DNA of 33,243 nucleotides, taken from Octopus bimaculoides (lineage: Eukaryota). The notes beneath the pieces were generated by a model. It had not been told where the DNA came from. It was given only the letters and a program-made list of their open reading frames with translations, and made no database searches. A program made the translations under genes and the position numbers. Within the stretch, counting starts at the first letter, position 1. Every line of letters starts with the position of its first letter. Positions 1 through 11,891 of the stretch are shown piece by piece. Location of the stretch: assembly GCF_001194135.2 (NCBI RefSeq), contig NC_069007.1:549842-583084 (forward strand). The letters are read 5' to 3'.

Positions 1-71
<71 letters not shown>

Positions 72-135
72 TATGTATACCGATATATATACATAGATCT
101 TGGTGTGTGTATATATATATATATACATACTGATA
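1..135. repeat. (TA)n microsatellite, degenerate toward the 3' end
   Basis: Direct reading. Confidence 0.95.
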
Positions 136-531
136 TATATAGATGTATATATATACAAACATTGGTTTTGCGCGCGCCCACATACACACACGTACGCACA
201 GAAATATGTACATATAATTGTGGGTGTGTGTGTTTTATTCATCTTCTCGCCGGATTTGCATCCGTTTTTCTAAGGTAAAAATTCCATGTAATTCTGCATA
301 CGAAGTTTCCTTTCATCAGCAAAAGCGAACTCTATGAGAACGTTACTGATGTATAGAATGCACATGAAAATTCTCGGCCTCAAACAAGAATAATTGAATT
401 CAAAACGGTCTGTAATAATATTAGAGAAAGGAATAAGTATTTTTTGAAATAACGGCAATGTTTGGTCGTGCAAGACTTTAACAAAACGCTTACATGTGTA
501 TTTCTTCTATTTCTACAGAGATCTTAAATTA

Positions 532-533
<2 letters not shown>

Positions 534-586
<53 letters not shown>
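534..586. repeat. (TA)n microsatellite
   Basis: Direct reading. Confidence 0.95.
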
Positions 587-587
<1 letters not shown>

Positions 588-1239
588 TATACATACATAC
601 ATGCATACATAATACATACATAATACATATGTGTATGTGTGTGTGTGTATTTTTATATATGCACAAGGATATATGCGTATATACCCATACATACACACAA
701 GTGTATATGCATGTAATAAATTCATAAATTACATATACTTCACACGTGTTTCGTTAGAGATTACTGTACGTAAAGTTGTCGTTAATTAGATGAGTGCTTA
801 ACCCTATTACACGCCAGATCTTCAAAAGTAATTAGTAGTTCTTATTCATCAACGCTAAACAAGCTATGGTTGGTAAATAAGAATGAATTATATAATTATT
901 TTCTTTGAACATTTGAGGTTTCAATGTCATTATGGTGTTGGAAATGTTTCTTCACACTTTCTGATGCTATATTATAAAAATAAACAAAATTTTGCGTCGT
1001 GTTTTTCTGCTGTCTTGTAGACAATATGTAAATTATATATAATGTCAAAAGTAATCCAGAGGACAAATGTTTCCATGGATTTATATGCATTTCCAAGGAT
1101 TTACGTGGATTTCTAAGCCTTGACTAATTATTATACTTTTTCATTCGAAATACCAATTCTACAATTCTACAATGTATCTATGTATATATTTTATTTATCT
1201 GTGTATTTGTGTGTGTAAGTATCTCTTTTTCTTCTCTTT

Positions 1240-1346
1240 GCACCCTTTTAAAGCCTAGCCAGGCTCATGGGACCGGTTTTCCGGTTTCTATGGCATATGT
1301 GTTCCCTCCAGCGGGACGGGACGCCAGGCCAACGCAGCGTTACTCA
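1240..1346 (-). mobile_element. Probable SINE 3' fragment
   Basis: GC-rich island. The minus strand CTGCGTTGGCCTGGCGTCCCGTCC resembles, from memory, the V-SINE-like conserved block. Only one copy here, so there is no internal confirmation. Confidence 0.35.
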
Positions 1347-2535
1347 AGAAACAGGAAGAAAGACACAGAGAAAGTTGGGGCAAAAAAGTAATTTTTCCTC
1401 CCCTTAAACTGCAGTAAAATTGCCTCCAAAAATTAAAATGCCTCACAAACATGTTTAAATTAAGTTTTCATTCATTTCCAACATGTCTTTGCGCAACTAT
1501 TTATGTATTTTATTACACCAAGTGGTCTACCAACGCAAATCATTCACTAGAGTTGATTGATGCATTATACATCCCGTCTGCTCAGGGTTACCTCCCTTCC
1601 GTATGCGCCACTGAGAATGAACAACAAGCTAGAAATACATCCAGGGGTACAATAGATGGTGTCACTGCGCTGGTAGTGGTGTATTTACAGATCTTACAAA
1701 CAATTTGGTTGTTCGACATTTTCAGTTACGTAACATTTTCCTTTACGGATTGCACATAACAGTGAGATTAAATAGATATGTTATTCAGCTGAGATTAAAC
1801 AGATATACGCATCTAAAACCTCTTCCCCTCCACTAATGGTTGTGTATGTAGCATAGGAAATCTCAAGGTCAGACGTCTTACGCTGATTTTAATAGTGTTA
1901 TCTTTACATGTCGATTACCATTAGATTCGGATGTTCAAACGTACACACAATATCTATATGGAAGGATATACATATATTTCTCTACCATATATATATATAT
2001 GAATGCTTCGTTTTTTAAAGATATATTATTATCATCAGTGCTATTATTATTATTATTATGTTGACAGGGGATTGATTGTGATTTGATAACAACTGCAATA
2101 GAGAAGAAGTTAAAGATGACGAATCTGCATTGCAGTAATCAGAGATCAAGGAGAACCGGAGGAATGGTAAATTAAAGGGAAATCAACAAAACATGAATCA
2201 TTAAATACGAACACAACATCAACCATAAATACATACATACATGTATTCATACATGCATAACTACATACATACACAGAGACCCACACAGAAGCACACATAT
2301 ATATAAAGTATACATACATATATATACATATAAGTATACATACATACATACATACACGCATCTCTCTCTCTTTCTCTCGCTCCCTATATACATACGTATA
2401 TATACATTCATATATAGGTATTTAAACTGACATCACTCAGTTTGCATGCGCGCGTGTACACTTATGTTTGTGCTTATGTACATACGCGCACAGTTATACA
2501 TCTCCAGCTATCTAGTCATCCATTCTATCTATATC

Positions 2536-2588
<53 letters not shown>

Positions 2589-3138
2589 NNNNNNNNNNNN
2601 NNNNNNNNNNNNNNNNNNNNNNNNNNNNNNNNNNNNNNNNNNNNNNNNNNNNNNNNNNNNNNNNNNNNNNNNNNNNNNNNNNNNNNNNNNNNNNNNNNNN
2701 NNNNNNNNNNNNNNNNNNNNNNNNNNNNNNNNNNNNNNNNNNNNNNNNNNNNNNNNNNNNNNNNNNNNNNNNNNNNNNNNNNNNNNNNNNNNNNNNNNNN
2801 NNNNNNNNNNNNNNNNNNNNNNNNNNNNNNNNNNNNNNNNNNNNNNNNNNNNNNNNNNNNNNNNNNNNNNNNNNNNNNNNNNNNNNNNNNNNNNNNNNNN
2901 NNNNNNNNNNNNNNNNNNNNNNNNNNNNNNNNNNNNNNNNNNNNNNNNNNNNNNNNNNNNNNNNNNNNNNNNNNNNNNNNNNNNNNNNNNNNNNNNNNNN
3001 NNNNNNNNNNNNNNNNNNNNNNNNNNNNNNNNNNNNNNNNNNNNNNNNNNNNNNNNNNNNNNNNNNNNNNNNNNNNNNNNNNNNNNNNNNNNNNNNNNNN
3101 NNNNNNNNNNNNNNNNNNNNNNNNNNNNNNNNNNNNNN
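2589..3138. other. Assembly gap (550 N), one of 8 gaps; others at 4432-4441, 6815-6824, 8035-8044, 8286-8545, 17713-17779, 31155-31378 and 31963-32596
   Basis: N runs. All but 17713-17779 abut a (TA)n tract on at least one side, typical of assembly failure at microsatellites. Confidence 0.95.
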
Positions 3139-3175
<37 letters not shown>

Positions 3176-3534
3176 GTGTGTGTTTGATTATGCGTGTCTA
3201 TGTTTGTGTATGCATGTCCACACATCGCTTGTCATAATAATCAAAAGAACAGGTGTATATAGTGAAGAGATGAGAGTAAGGAGTAAATGAAGGGAGAGCA
3301 ATACAAAAAAAATCCCGAAAGAAGAGAGAGACAACATAATACAGAAAAAGACATCAGATAAACGCAGAGAAAAGACAGAAAACTAGAGACAATGGTAGGA
3401 AACGTTCAAGGGAATTAGAAATGCAAAACAAAAAGTGAGTTGAATGTAAAAGTCGGGGCAGTAAACTGTATGGAAGTGTGGAATATATATGAAGGAATAA
3501 AACAGCATGAGAGAATGATTTAGAAGAAGTCGGA

Positions 3535-3568
<34 letters not shown>

Positions 3569-3726
3569 ATATGTATGTATATATGTATGTATATATGTGC
3601 TTATACATAGATGAGCGTGTGTCTGTGTGTATATATATATATATATATATGTGTGTGTGCATATATATATATATATATACATACATGTGTGTGTGTGTGT
3701 GTGCATATATATACATATATATATAC

Positions 3727-3805
<79 letters not shown>
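3535..3805. repeat. Compound (TA)n/(TG)n/(TATG)n microsatellite
   Basis: Direct reading. Confidence 0.95.
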
Positions 3806-3807
<2 letters not shown>

Positions 3808-4441
3808 ACATATCTACACACATTTACACACACTCTCACACAAACATATTTATAGATGGAGAGAAATTGAGTGAGTGTGACGAAGAGAGAGAGAGAGAGA
3901 GAGAAGTGGAGGTTATCACAAGAAACTAATTTAAAAATAAGTATATAAATAGATAAGATACGAAATTTTATATGAGAAAAAAAGAAGGGGAAGATATATA
4001 TAAAAAAAAAGACGGTTCGTGAATGTGCCACTTATTGTAATATAGGAACATAATTTGTGACAAGGTAGAAAATATAAAAAAATGATACCAGATGAGAATG
4101 TACAAGAAACATAGAATGAAGACATTCCGAGAAAATGAGAGTTGAAGAAATCGTTTGTATAAAATTAGTTCGAATATCTAACAGTGAAAGAGAAGAACAA
4201 GAAAAAAAAAATACAGAGTTATTTGCAAAACTAAACAGAAATCTGAGAGAAAAAAGTTAATAGGATAAAACTATATATTGGTACGTCAGAATGGTAGCAG
4301 TATGGTTCATGAGGTGAAAAAAAATAGATTATATAATGTATGACGGTAGAATATGTCGGTAAGGACAGAAATGTTGCCTTATGTGTGTGTGTGTGTGTGT
4401 ATATGTATATATATATATATATATGAGATATNNNNNNNNNN

Positions 4442-4486
<45 letters not shown>

Positions 4487-4783
4487 GTGTACATATATAT
4501 AGACATATACAAGTATAGATATACATACATAATGCACAAACATGTACAATATACATACAAACACATACACACTCACACAAATACATATACACGCACACAC
4601 ACATAGACACATACACAAACACGTATGTATAACCAAAAGTGAATATAGAATGAGTGTAATAGTTTCCTTGGAGAAGATAATGGCCTAATAATACGAAGGA
4701 GATAGAACGTTCCAAGACTGGAAGACAAAACTGGATTTGGTCAGAGAAAATGTGAAATTGCGAGAAGTGGTTGCGTGAGACTG

Positions 4784-4828
<45 letters not shown>
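4784..4828. repeat. (CTA)15 microsatellite
   Basis: 45 nt of perfect CTA repeat. Confidence 0.95.
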
Positions 4829-4914
4829 TTATTAATGCTACAGCTAATACTGTTACTGTAGATGCTGCAGCAATCCGTAAATAATAATAACAATAATAGT
4901 AAGAAAAATGATTT

Positions 4915-5094
4915 CAAATTTTTACCAGAAGGGCAGCTTGGGGGTAAAGGATTAAGTTGATTATATCGACACCAGTGCGTAACTGGTACTTATTTAATCG
5001 ACGCATAAACGATGAAAGTCCAAGTGTAAAGACGGGCGAAATACCGCTACGCAATTCACTGGACGGGCTAAAAATTCCGCCAGCTCACTGCCTT
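4915..5094 (-). mobile_element. SINE family A copy
   Basis: AACTGGTACTTATTTAATCGAC, GACGGGCGAAATACCGCTA and CCGCCAGCTCACTGCCTT are the reverse complement of family A. The head abuts (CAA)n. Confidence 0.75.
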
Positions 5095-5112
5095 AGCAAC
5101 AACAACAACAAC

Positions 5113-5621
5113 TGACTTGGTATAAAAGATGGGCTACAGTAAATATTCTGCTCAGCCTCCGATTTGCTTGACCTTAAACAGTTGTTTGACCTTAAACAGT
5201 TAAGCATTTCACTTGGTGACTGACGATATGTGCATCTCTGATCAGGAGCAGAAGTAGTGGGGGAGCATCATAGCCATATTTTGAGAGGAATTATTTGGAG
5301 TTTAAATAATTCGCCTCTGGAAACATGGGTGTTTCATTCAACATCCTTAAACAAACCTTATTCAAGGACCATTTGAGCGGGATGGGCTACTCGACCTGCA
5401 GAAAATTCTAACTGGGCCTCACTTACAAGTTCATGCGCTGTTTATCTTAATATGAGATCACCATGTCGCGCACATACGGTCGTGATGTATGTGGCTGGTG
5501 TATCCTTATAAGACGGGCAGTCATGATGGGTATACTGGGCTTCGTATATTTGTACCCCAGTGCCACTTCGATGACCTGATCTGCTCTCTCATTCAATAAT
5601 AATAATTATGATAATAATAAT
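5113..5621 (+). mobile_element. Repeat family B: element ending CTCTCTCA(C/T)TC plus (AAT)n tail, no tRNA head seen
   Basis: 5294-5594 aligns with the reverse complement of 14995-15281 and, over its 3' part, 23981-24196. All three end at the same boundary next to an AAT/ATT run. The 5' limit at 5113 is inferred from a single copy. Confidence 0.8.
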
Positions 5622-5881
5622 CGTCTCTGAAATAGGTGTATGACCTGAAATTCGCTCGGCTAGATTTGAACGTGGAAAGTAAAAGACCCGGGAAGATACT
5701 ACAAGGAATATTATCTTCTAAGTATTTTAACAATGCACTATCCCAGATAATTGCTTTTATCTTAGACACAAATTTGAGAGGTGGTGGAGGTGGTATTGGT
5801 GATGTTAGGTCTGTACATTCACTCCACGAATCTCGATTGAGATTTTGTGTAACCGATCCCGAAAGAAATATTGCAAGGCAG

Positions 5882-6052
5882 TTTTGGCACAAGGCCAGTA
5901 ATCTGAGCAAGGTGGTACGCCTATTATATCGACCCCGAAATGACGACAGGCAAAATCGATCTCGGCGGAATTTGAACTCACAACATAATAACGAACGAAA
6001 TGCCGCTTAGCTTTTTTCCCGACGTGCTAATGAATCTGCCAGCTCGCCACAT
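5882..6052 (-). mobile_element. SINE family A copy (tandem array member)
   Basis: TTTGGCACAAGGCCAG, ATCGACCCCGAAA, CTCGGCGGAATTTGAACTCA and TGCCAGCTCGCC. Confidence 0.8.
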
Positions 6053-6066
6053 TCGGAAGCAAAGAA

Positions 6067-6274
6067 ATATTCCTTTCTATTATAAGCACAATGCCTGAAA
6101 TTTCGGGGAAGAGATTAAGTGGATTACATCGACTGGTACTTATTTTATCTACTCCGAAAGGATGAAAAGCAATGTCGACCTCGGTGGAATTTGAACTCAG
6201 AACGTAAGAAAAACAAACTAAATGCCGCTTGTCATTTTCCCGCCGTGCTAACGATTCCTCCGGCTCGCAGCCTT
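6067..6274 (-). mobile_element. SINE family A copy (tandem array member)
   Basis: ATTCCTTTCTATTATAAGCACAATGCCTGAAATTT (reverse complement of the 3' end), GTCGACCTCGGTGGAATTTGAACTCAGAACG and GCTCGCAGCCTT. Confidence 0.85.
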
Positions 6275-6308
6275 GGAAACGAACGAAATATTTCTTCACA
6301 ATTGTTAA

Positions 6309-6425
6309 ATATTTTTTTCTTATATAGGCACGACCGGAATAATATTTCGTGGGGTGGCAGATGTTGATAAAAATCAACCCCAATATTTGGCACTTTATGT
6401 TATCGACTCGCGAACGTGACAGGCT
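6309..6425 (-). mobile_element. Degenerate 3' half of SINE family A (tandem array member)
   Basis: TATAGGCACGACCGGAATAATATTTCG and TTATCGACTCGCGAACG weakly match the family A 3' half. Confidence 0.45.
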
Positions 6426-6765
6426 AATTCTCCTTTGAGAAGATTTCAGATCGGAACAAGAACGAATAATTGAAAAGAGAACGAAACAAATTCTGCCGTT
6501 GTTTTATTATTGATATCCTCCCATCAAGATATTAATACTAAGGATTACTATGACAGACAATGTATATTTTGTGAGATGGTGTGATAAGGATTAAAGAAAT
6601 CTCTGGATTTATCTGGGACATTATTTTATCAACACAGAATGATAAAAGCTAAAGTAGTATCCTCCTCCACCCCCTCTTCCTCATTCTTCTACTCATCATC
6701 ATCACTAAAGACGCAGCAGCTACCGAATAAAGCGTTGCTAGACACACACATGCAGATATATATGC

Positions 6766-6806
<41 letters not shown>

Positions 6807-6824
6807 AATACATANNNNNNNNNN

Positions 6825-6862
<38 letters not shown>

Positions 6863-6863
6863 A

Positions 6864-6900
<37 letters not shown>

Positions 6901-7607
6901 CATATATATTTATACATATATATATGTGCATATTATTGTCACTCAGTCTACTTCTAGCATAGTAGTCTCGCTACAACTATAATTAGTTCCATTACTAGCT
7001 TTGATATACTGAGCGTATGTAGACGAAATTGACAGATGTTTTACTATTAGCTCCTATGTCCGTTTCACCTTCGTGGATTTTTTAAACCTCTTTATCGGAT
7101 GATTTGAAAAGATTGAGACATTTGATATATCTAACATAATGCCAGAACATACGCCCGTCAAGAAAGTTTGGGCATTTGCATCAGAATGCAGCACGAAAAT
7201 GTAGCGTTGTATGTTGCAATTAATCAGGTCATTTGTTTCAAATGTGCCATTATCGCTCATACACTTTTAGTAGTATTTTTAAGAAAGCAAAAATGTTTTT
7301 TCTCGCTTTATGGAGAAAAAGAAAAATGTTCCGAAGTTCTCCTAGTTCTTTTCTTTTAGAACGAAAAACGCAGGTAAGACAGTGGTAATTAAATTTGCAT
7401 GCTTAGAATATGGTTGATTGGGTTGTTTTGATTGTATTCTTCGAATGAAGATTTGAAAACAATTTCAAATGTCAAGAATTGTACTTTAAGTTTGGTATTA
7501 AATAGAAATGTACGAGAAATTGCATTCAGTGATTCACGAAAATATAAACAAAAACCATAGCCTATACGCATTTGTGTATATGTGTGTATGTATGCGGAAA
7601 GAATAAG

Positions 7608-7663
7608 AGAGGAAAAGGAGGAAGGAGGGAAGAGGAAAAGGAGGAAGGAGGGAAGAGGAAAAG
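7608..7663. repeat. 23-bp purine tandem duplication (about 2.4 copies)
   Basis: Unit AGAGGAAAAGGAGGAAGGAGGGA at 7608-7630 and 7631-7653, plus a partial third copy. Confidence 0.9.
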
Positions 7664-7992
7664 TGAAGGAATTGTAAGAATACCAAATTACCAAAATTAA
7701 GAAATTCTAAATCTAATTTGCCATAAGAATGTTAAAAAACAACTTTGTGAATCAAGGAATTGGTAAGATAATCAAATACAGGATTTTTAAAAAAATGGGC
7801 AGAATAAAGAATTTGTTAGACTCACCTTCACACACAGCTCATTGCTCTGACTCAAAAAGCAACGCATACACACAAATACGTACGTACATGCACTTATATA
7901 CATACATATCAATTTTCAGTAAATAAACAAAGAATATGAAGATTCCAAGATTAAAGAAAGGAGAAAACCTAAAACTTGAAGACTGGCAGATT

Positions 7993-8034
<42 letters not shown>

Positions 8035-8249
8035 NNNNNNNNNNTATAAACAAAAGGTGATGAGAAGGAATAATATGAGAGTGGAAAAAGTATTAAGGAA
8101 TTTTTGAAATTAAACAAAGAAAAGGGTAAAAACAACAAACAAAAGCTTGATGGAATGGATACAAATATTACAACTGCATACACATACACACACACATATA
8201 TATATATATATATACACATACATATATCAATAAATGTGTGTGTGTGTGT

Positions 8250-8285
<36 letters not shown>

Positions 8286-8545
8286 NNNNNNNNNNNNNNN
8301 NNNNNNNNNNNNNNNNNNNNNNNNNNNNNNNNNNNNNNNNNNNNNNNNNNNNNNNNNNNNNNNNNNNNNNNNNNNNNNNNNNNNNNNNNNNNNNNNNNNN
8401 NNNNNNNNNNNNNNNNNNNNNNNNNNNNNNNNNNNNNNNNNNNNNNNNNNNNNNNNNNNNNNNNNNNNNNNNNNNNNNNNNNNNNNNNNNNNNNNNNNNN
8501 NNNNNNNNNNNNNNNNNNNNNNNNNNNNNNNNNNNNNNNNNNNNN

Positions 8546-8618
8546 TCTCGGTTATCTTTGAACTCTGAAGGTGAAAAGACATTGTCAGACACGCTAACGA
8601 TTGTGCTCGCTTGTCACC

Positions 8619-8620
<2 letters not shown>
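8546..8620 (-). mobile_element. SINE family A head fragment
   Basis: Reverse complement reads AAGGTGACAAGCGAGCACAATCGTTAGCGTGTCTGACAA...TCAGAGTTCAAA, matching the family A head. Bounded by a gap on the left and (AAT)15 on the right. Confidence 0.6.

Positions 8621-8665
<45 letters not shown>
8621..8665. repeat. (AAT)15 microsatellite between a SINE A head and the R4-type element
   Basis: 45 nt of perfect AAT repeat. Confidence 0.95.
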
Positions 8666-8666
<1 letters not shown>

Positions 8667-10082
8667 GTGATGACATGGGGATGGAATTTGCACTTGGGAA
8701 ATGTGCCACGACCACTTTCCAGAAAGGGAAATTGGGATGTTGATGCAGTTATAAAAGAACTCGAACAGAAACAAACTTACAAATACCTCGGAACAGATTA
8801 GGGTTCTGGCATTCAGGATGCAAGTATGAAAGAGAAGATGAGGAAGGAGTGTTACAGGAGAGTTCGAGAAGTCCTAAAATCCGAGTTAAATGAACGTAAC
8901 AAGGTGTTAGCTATGAATTCCATAGCAGTTCCAGTTGTTATTTACAGTTCCAATGAGTTGAACTGGAATATAAACGAATTAAGGAAGATTGACAGGAAAA
9001 TCCATTAGCTGATGACTTGCAATAAGATGCACCGACCAAAGGCAGACGCAGATTGTCATTACCTACCCAAAGCTGAAGGAGGTCGAGGCTTGATCCAATT
9101 TGAAATCTCCTACAGACCCCCCACAATTGGAATGGGAAAATATCTTGAAACATCTAAGGACTGGAAGCTAAACCACGTTGAAAACCATGAAAGACGTAAG
9201 AAGCTTCATTCTGTTATGAAGGAGAGCAAAAAATAATCGAGTGAATTTATGCATAATACCCAGGTTGACCAGCATGATGGAAGTGCAGCAAATGCAGGTG
9301 AAATCAATGGCAAAGCAAAATGCGCTTGAACAATTGGCTGATAGGTGGGAACAAAAACCCCTGCATGGCAAATATGTGGCCCGTAGCAAACAAGCTGATG
9401 TAGACCAGAAGCACACCCATAGGTGGCTACGGAGCTCAGGGCTAAAGGCAGAGATTGATCAGAGCTTATTGACCCGAAACTATGAAGCCAATGTGATAAA
9501 AATGGGTGTAGACACCAAAGTGCCGATATTGCAACGATGGGATAGAAACAGTGGACCACCTAATCTGTGGATTAAGGTTTTGGCACCTGCAGAATATAAA
9601 TCAAGACATGAGAGTGTTGGCCAATATTTACATTGGATAATGTGTCGGCATTATAAAATAACTGACAAATGGCACAAACACAACCCTGAGGCTGTAACTG
9701 AGGGAGAAAATATGATGATTCTTTGGGACTTTCCAGTATGTACAGATCGGACCATCAAAACAAAGAAACCAGATATTTTTGTGAAAGACCAAAAACAATA
9801 AAGTCTGTTTATTGATTGACATGAGCATACCCTGTGACCATAATATCTTGGCAAAAGAATTTGATAAGCTCAGAAAATATAAGGATTTGCTAATCGAAAT
9901 CGAAAAAATGTGGCATCTCAAGACGGTAACAATACCAGTGATTGTAGGAGTAATCACTGGTATGATCAAAAGAAGGACTGAAAATTATTTAAGAATGATC
10001 CCTGGTTTACCATCCATGCAGGAAGTGCAAAGGATTGTAAACTGGTACATCACACATACTGAGAAGAGAATTGTCGTTGTGA
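8666..10082 (+). mobile_element. 5'-truncated, inactivated R4/Dong-type (RLE-class) non-LTR retrotransposon: RT C-terminus, CCHC zinc knuckle, restriction-like endonuclease
   Basis: Stitched frames read SDDMGMEFALGKCA, YKYLG, KSELNERNKVLAMNSIAVPV, KMHRPKADADCHYLPKAEGGRGL, PLHGKY and DQSLLTRNY. After a frameshift comes CRYCNDGIETVDHLICG (9521-9571), then EYKSRHESVGQYLHW, ILWDF, KPDIF (about 9766), IDMSIP (D at 9818), KLRKYKDL and the terminal GTSHILRRELSL* (TGA at 10080-10082). In-frame stops at 8799, 9006, 9234 and 9799 plus several frameshifts. Clade assigned from motif knowledge, not a search. Confidence 0.9.
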
Positions 10083-10675
10083 ATTTTCTTTTTTTCACCA
10101 TGTATTTTGTTTACTCTTTTTATTTTTCCTTTCTCTCTCTCTCTGTCACCTACACACACACACACACACACATAATCATATGCGTATATATACAAATAAC
10201 AGAGATCTAAGATACCGGCAGAGGGACAAGACTACATACATATACAAATACATATCAATATATAAATACACAGTCACGTAATAAAAATATTGAATTATTG
10301 TCATAATGCTAACAACGCTCCGTATTGATTTTATTTTATTTAAAATCTTATTTTATTCACCAAAATCTGACTTTCTAAATTGATTTATGAAGTAAAAGGT
10401 GTAGTCTTTTGGGGTTGCTCTTGAAATTTTATTGTACTTTCATTTTACTTCTGCTTCTTCTTCTTCGTCAATTATGTAAAATTAATCACCAAAATGGCAC
10501 ATTTATATTAAAATAATCTTTCGGTAAAGTTAGCAACAACAAACAGCACTTTCCATTGTTGCTTTCGTTTTCAATATGCAGATTTTTCATTATAATTTTT
10601 CAAGAATCTGTCTATCATCGTATTTCACTGTCACAAACCAACACACACACGACACGCACGTGCGCGCGCGTGTAG

Positions 10676-10790
10676 TTACTGCGACAAGCAAGAGGTCATG
10701 AGTTCGATTCCCGGACTGGGCTGTGTGTTTCGTTCTTGTGCAAGACACTTTATTTCACGTTCCTCCAGTTCCGCATAGTCACAGGGAGGG
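10676..10790 (+). mobile_element. tRNA-derived SINE fragment (CORE-like)
   Basis: B-box GTTCGATTCC at 10702-10711 followed by CTGGGCTGTGTGTTTCGTTCTTGTGCAAGACACTTTATTTCAC. Confidence 0.65.
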
Positions 10791-11039
10791 TGCCTAAGTA
10801 TGGTTTCTTACTTCAAATACTACCGCAATTTCGGAATTTCTCTGTTAGTCATCCAAAGGTATTCGATAAAGTACTCAGCAGTGCTGAAATCAAAGTTAAA
10901 GTAGGTGGCGTTGGGTAACATTGTTCTTCTCTTCTAAAATATACAACCATGTGTCTTTGGTATAAATCAATATTTTAGTTAATCGATATTAAAAATCAAT
11001 CACTGCCTTTACTTCTCTCCATTCAGCAGTTTTGCTGTC

Positions 11040-11222
11040 GTATTTATTGTTGTTGCTGATGAGAACGAAGCCGTCGCTGCTGCTGCTGCTGCTGCTGCTA
11101 TTACTGATGATAATGATGATGATGGAGTTGGTGGTGATGACGATTATGATGACGACGATGACGATCGTAATGATGATAGCGGTGACGATACTGAATAGGA
11201 GTGTTGTGATGACAATGACATA
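11040..11222. repeat. Mosaic trinucleotide tract (TTG/CTG/ATG/ACG)
   Basis: Direct reading. Confidence 0.85.
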
Positions 11223-11497
11223 TAACTCGTGATATCTGTTTTGATGGCGCAGACATCAGATATACATCCAATCAATTGTTGCTGCTTCTGCTGTCTCTTA
11301 ACCTCAGATTGGTTATTTCTGTTCTCAATGCATAAATAAAAAGCCTTCCGTCCGTGACAACCACATTTTCCTTTCCTTCATATTAATTATAGGACTATAT
11401 TATGCAGTGGGTATGCTTTTCTTAGCATGACATAATATAGATTTCATTTGGAACTTGGTCAGCCATGAGTTGAATGTTACTTTTGTGAATGCATTCC

Positions 11498-11498
<1 letters not shown>

Positions 11499-11574
<76 letters not shown>
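11499..11574. repeat. (TA)n microsatellite
   Basis: Direct reading. Confidence 0.95.
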
Positions 11575-11577
<3 letters not shown>

Positions 11578-11853
11578 CTACATGTACACATATATGTACA
11601 TAGATATAAATATATATCGATATGCATATGCATATGGAAAATGTATATACACATGTAAATAAGCACTTATGCACATATATATCTATGTGTGTGTGAGTGT
11701 GCGCGTATGTAAGAAGATGGCTAAATGCAGTGAATAAACCGAACGTAGAAGATAAAATACTCAATAATCAATAAGCAATCAATTTCGTTGAAGACGAACT
11801 GAGTGGTGGGGCGGGGCGGCTGGTTGTGGTGTTGGGAGTAATGTTGGTGGCTA

Positions 11854-11854
<1 letters not shown>

Positions 11855-11887
<33 letters not shown>
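11855..11887. repeat. (GGC)11 within a degenerate GGN/GNT tract (about 11800-11935)
   Basis: Direct reading. Confidence 0.9.

Positions 11888-11891
<4 letters not shown>

Noticed and set aside
1451-1759. 102-aa ORF in unique-looking sequence
   Set aside because: No recognisable motif, splice pattern or codon signal.
5168-5201. 18-bp-period duplication of TTGACCTTAAACAGTT (and a similar 15-mer duplication at 26397-26435)
   Set aside because: Ordinary slippage duplications with no sign of function.
5636-6010. 124-aa ORF MYDLKFARLDL...
   Set aside because: It runs through antisense SINE A remnants and a GGT tract; no domain recognised.
5882-6425. CRISPR-like or satellite interpretation of the tandem repeats
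   Set aside because: Units are diverged SINE copies of about 110-210 bp with no fixed repeat-spacer periodicity, in a eukaryotic context with no cas genes.
7054-7260. 68-aa minus-strand ORF MSDNGTFETND..., and an HNART mariner-like hint on the plus strand
   Set aside because: Nothing recognisable beyond 4-5 residues; consistent with chance.
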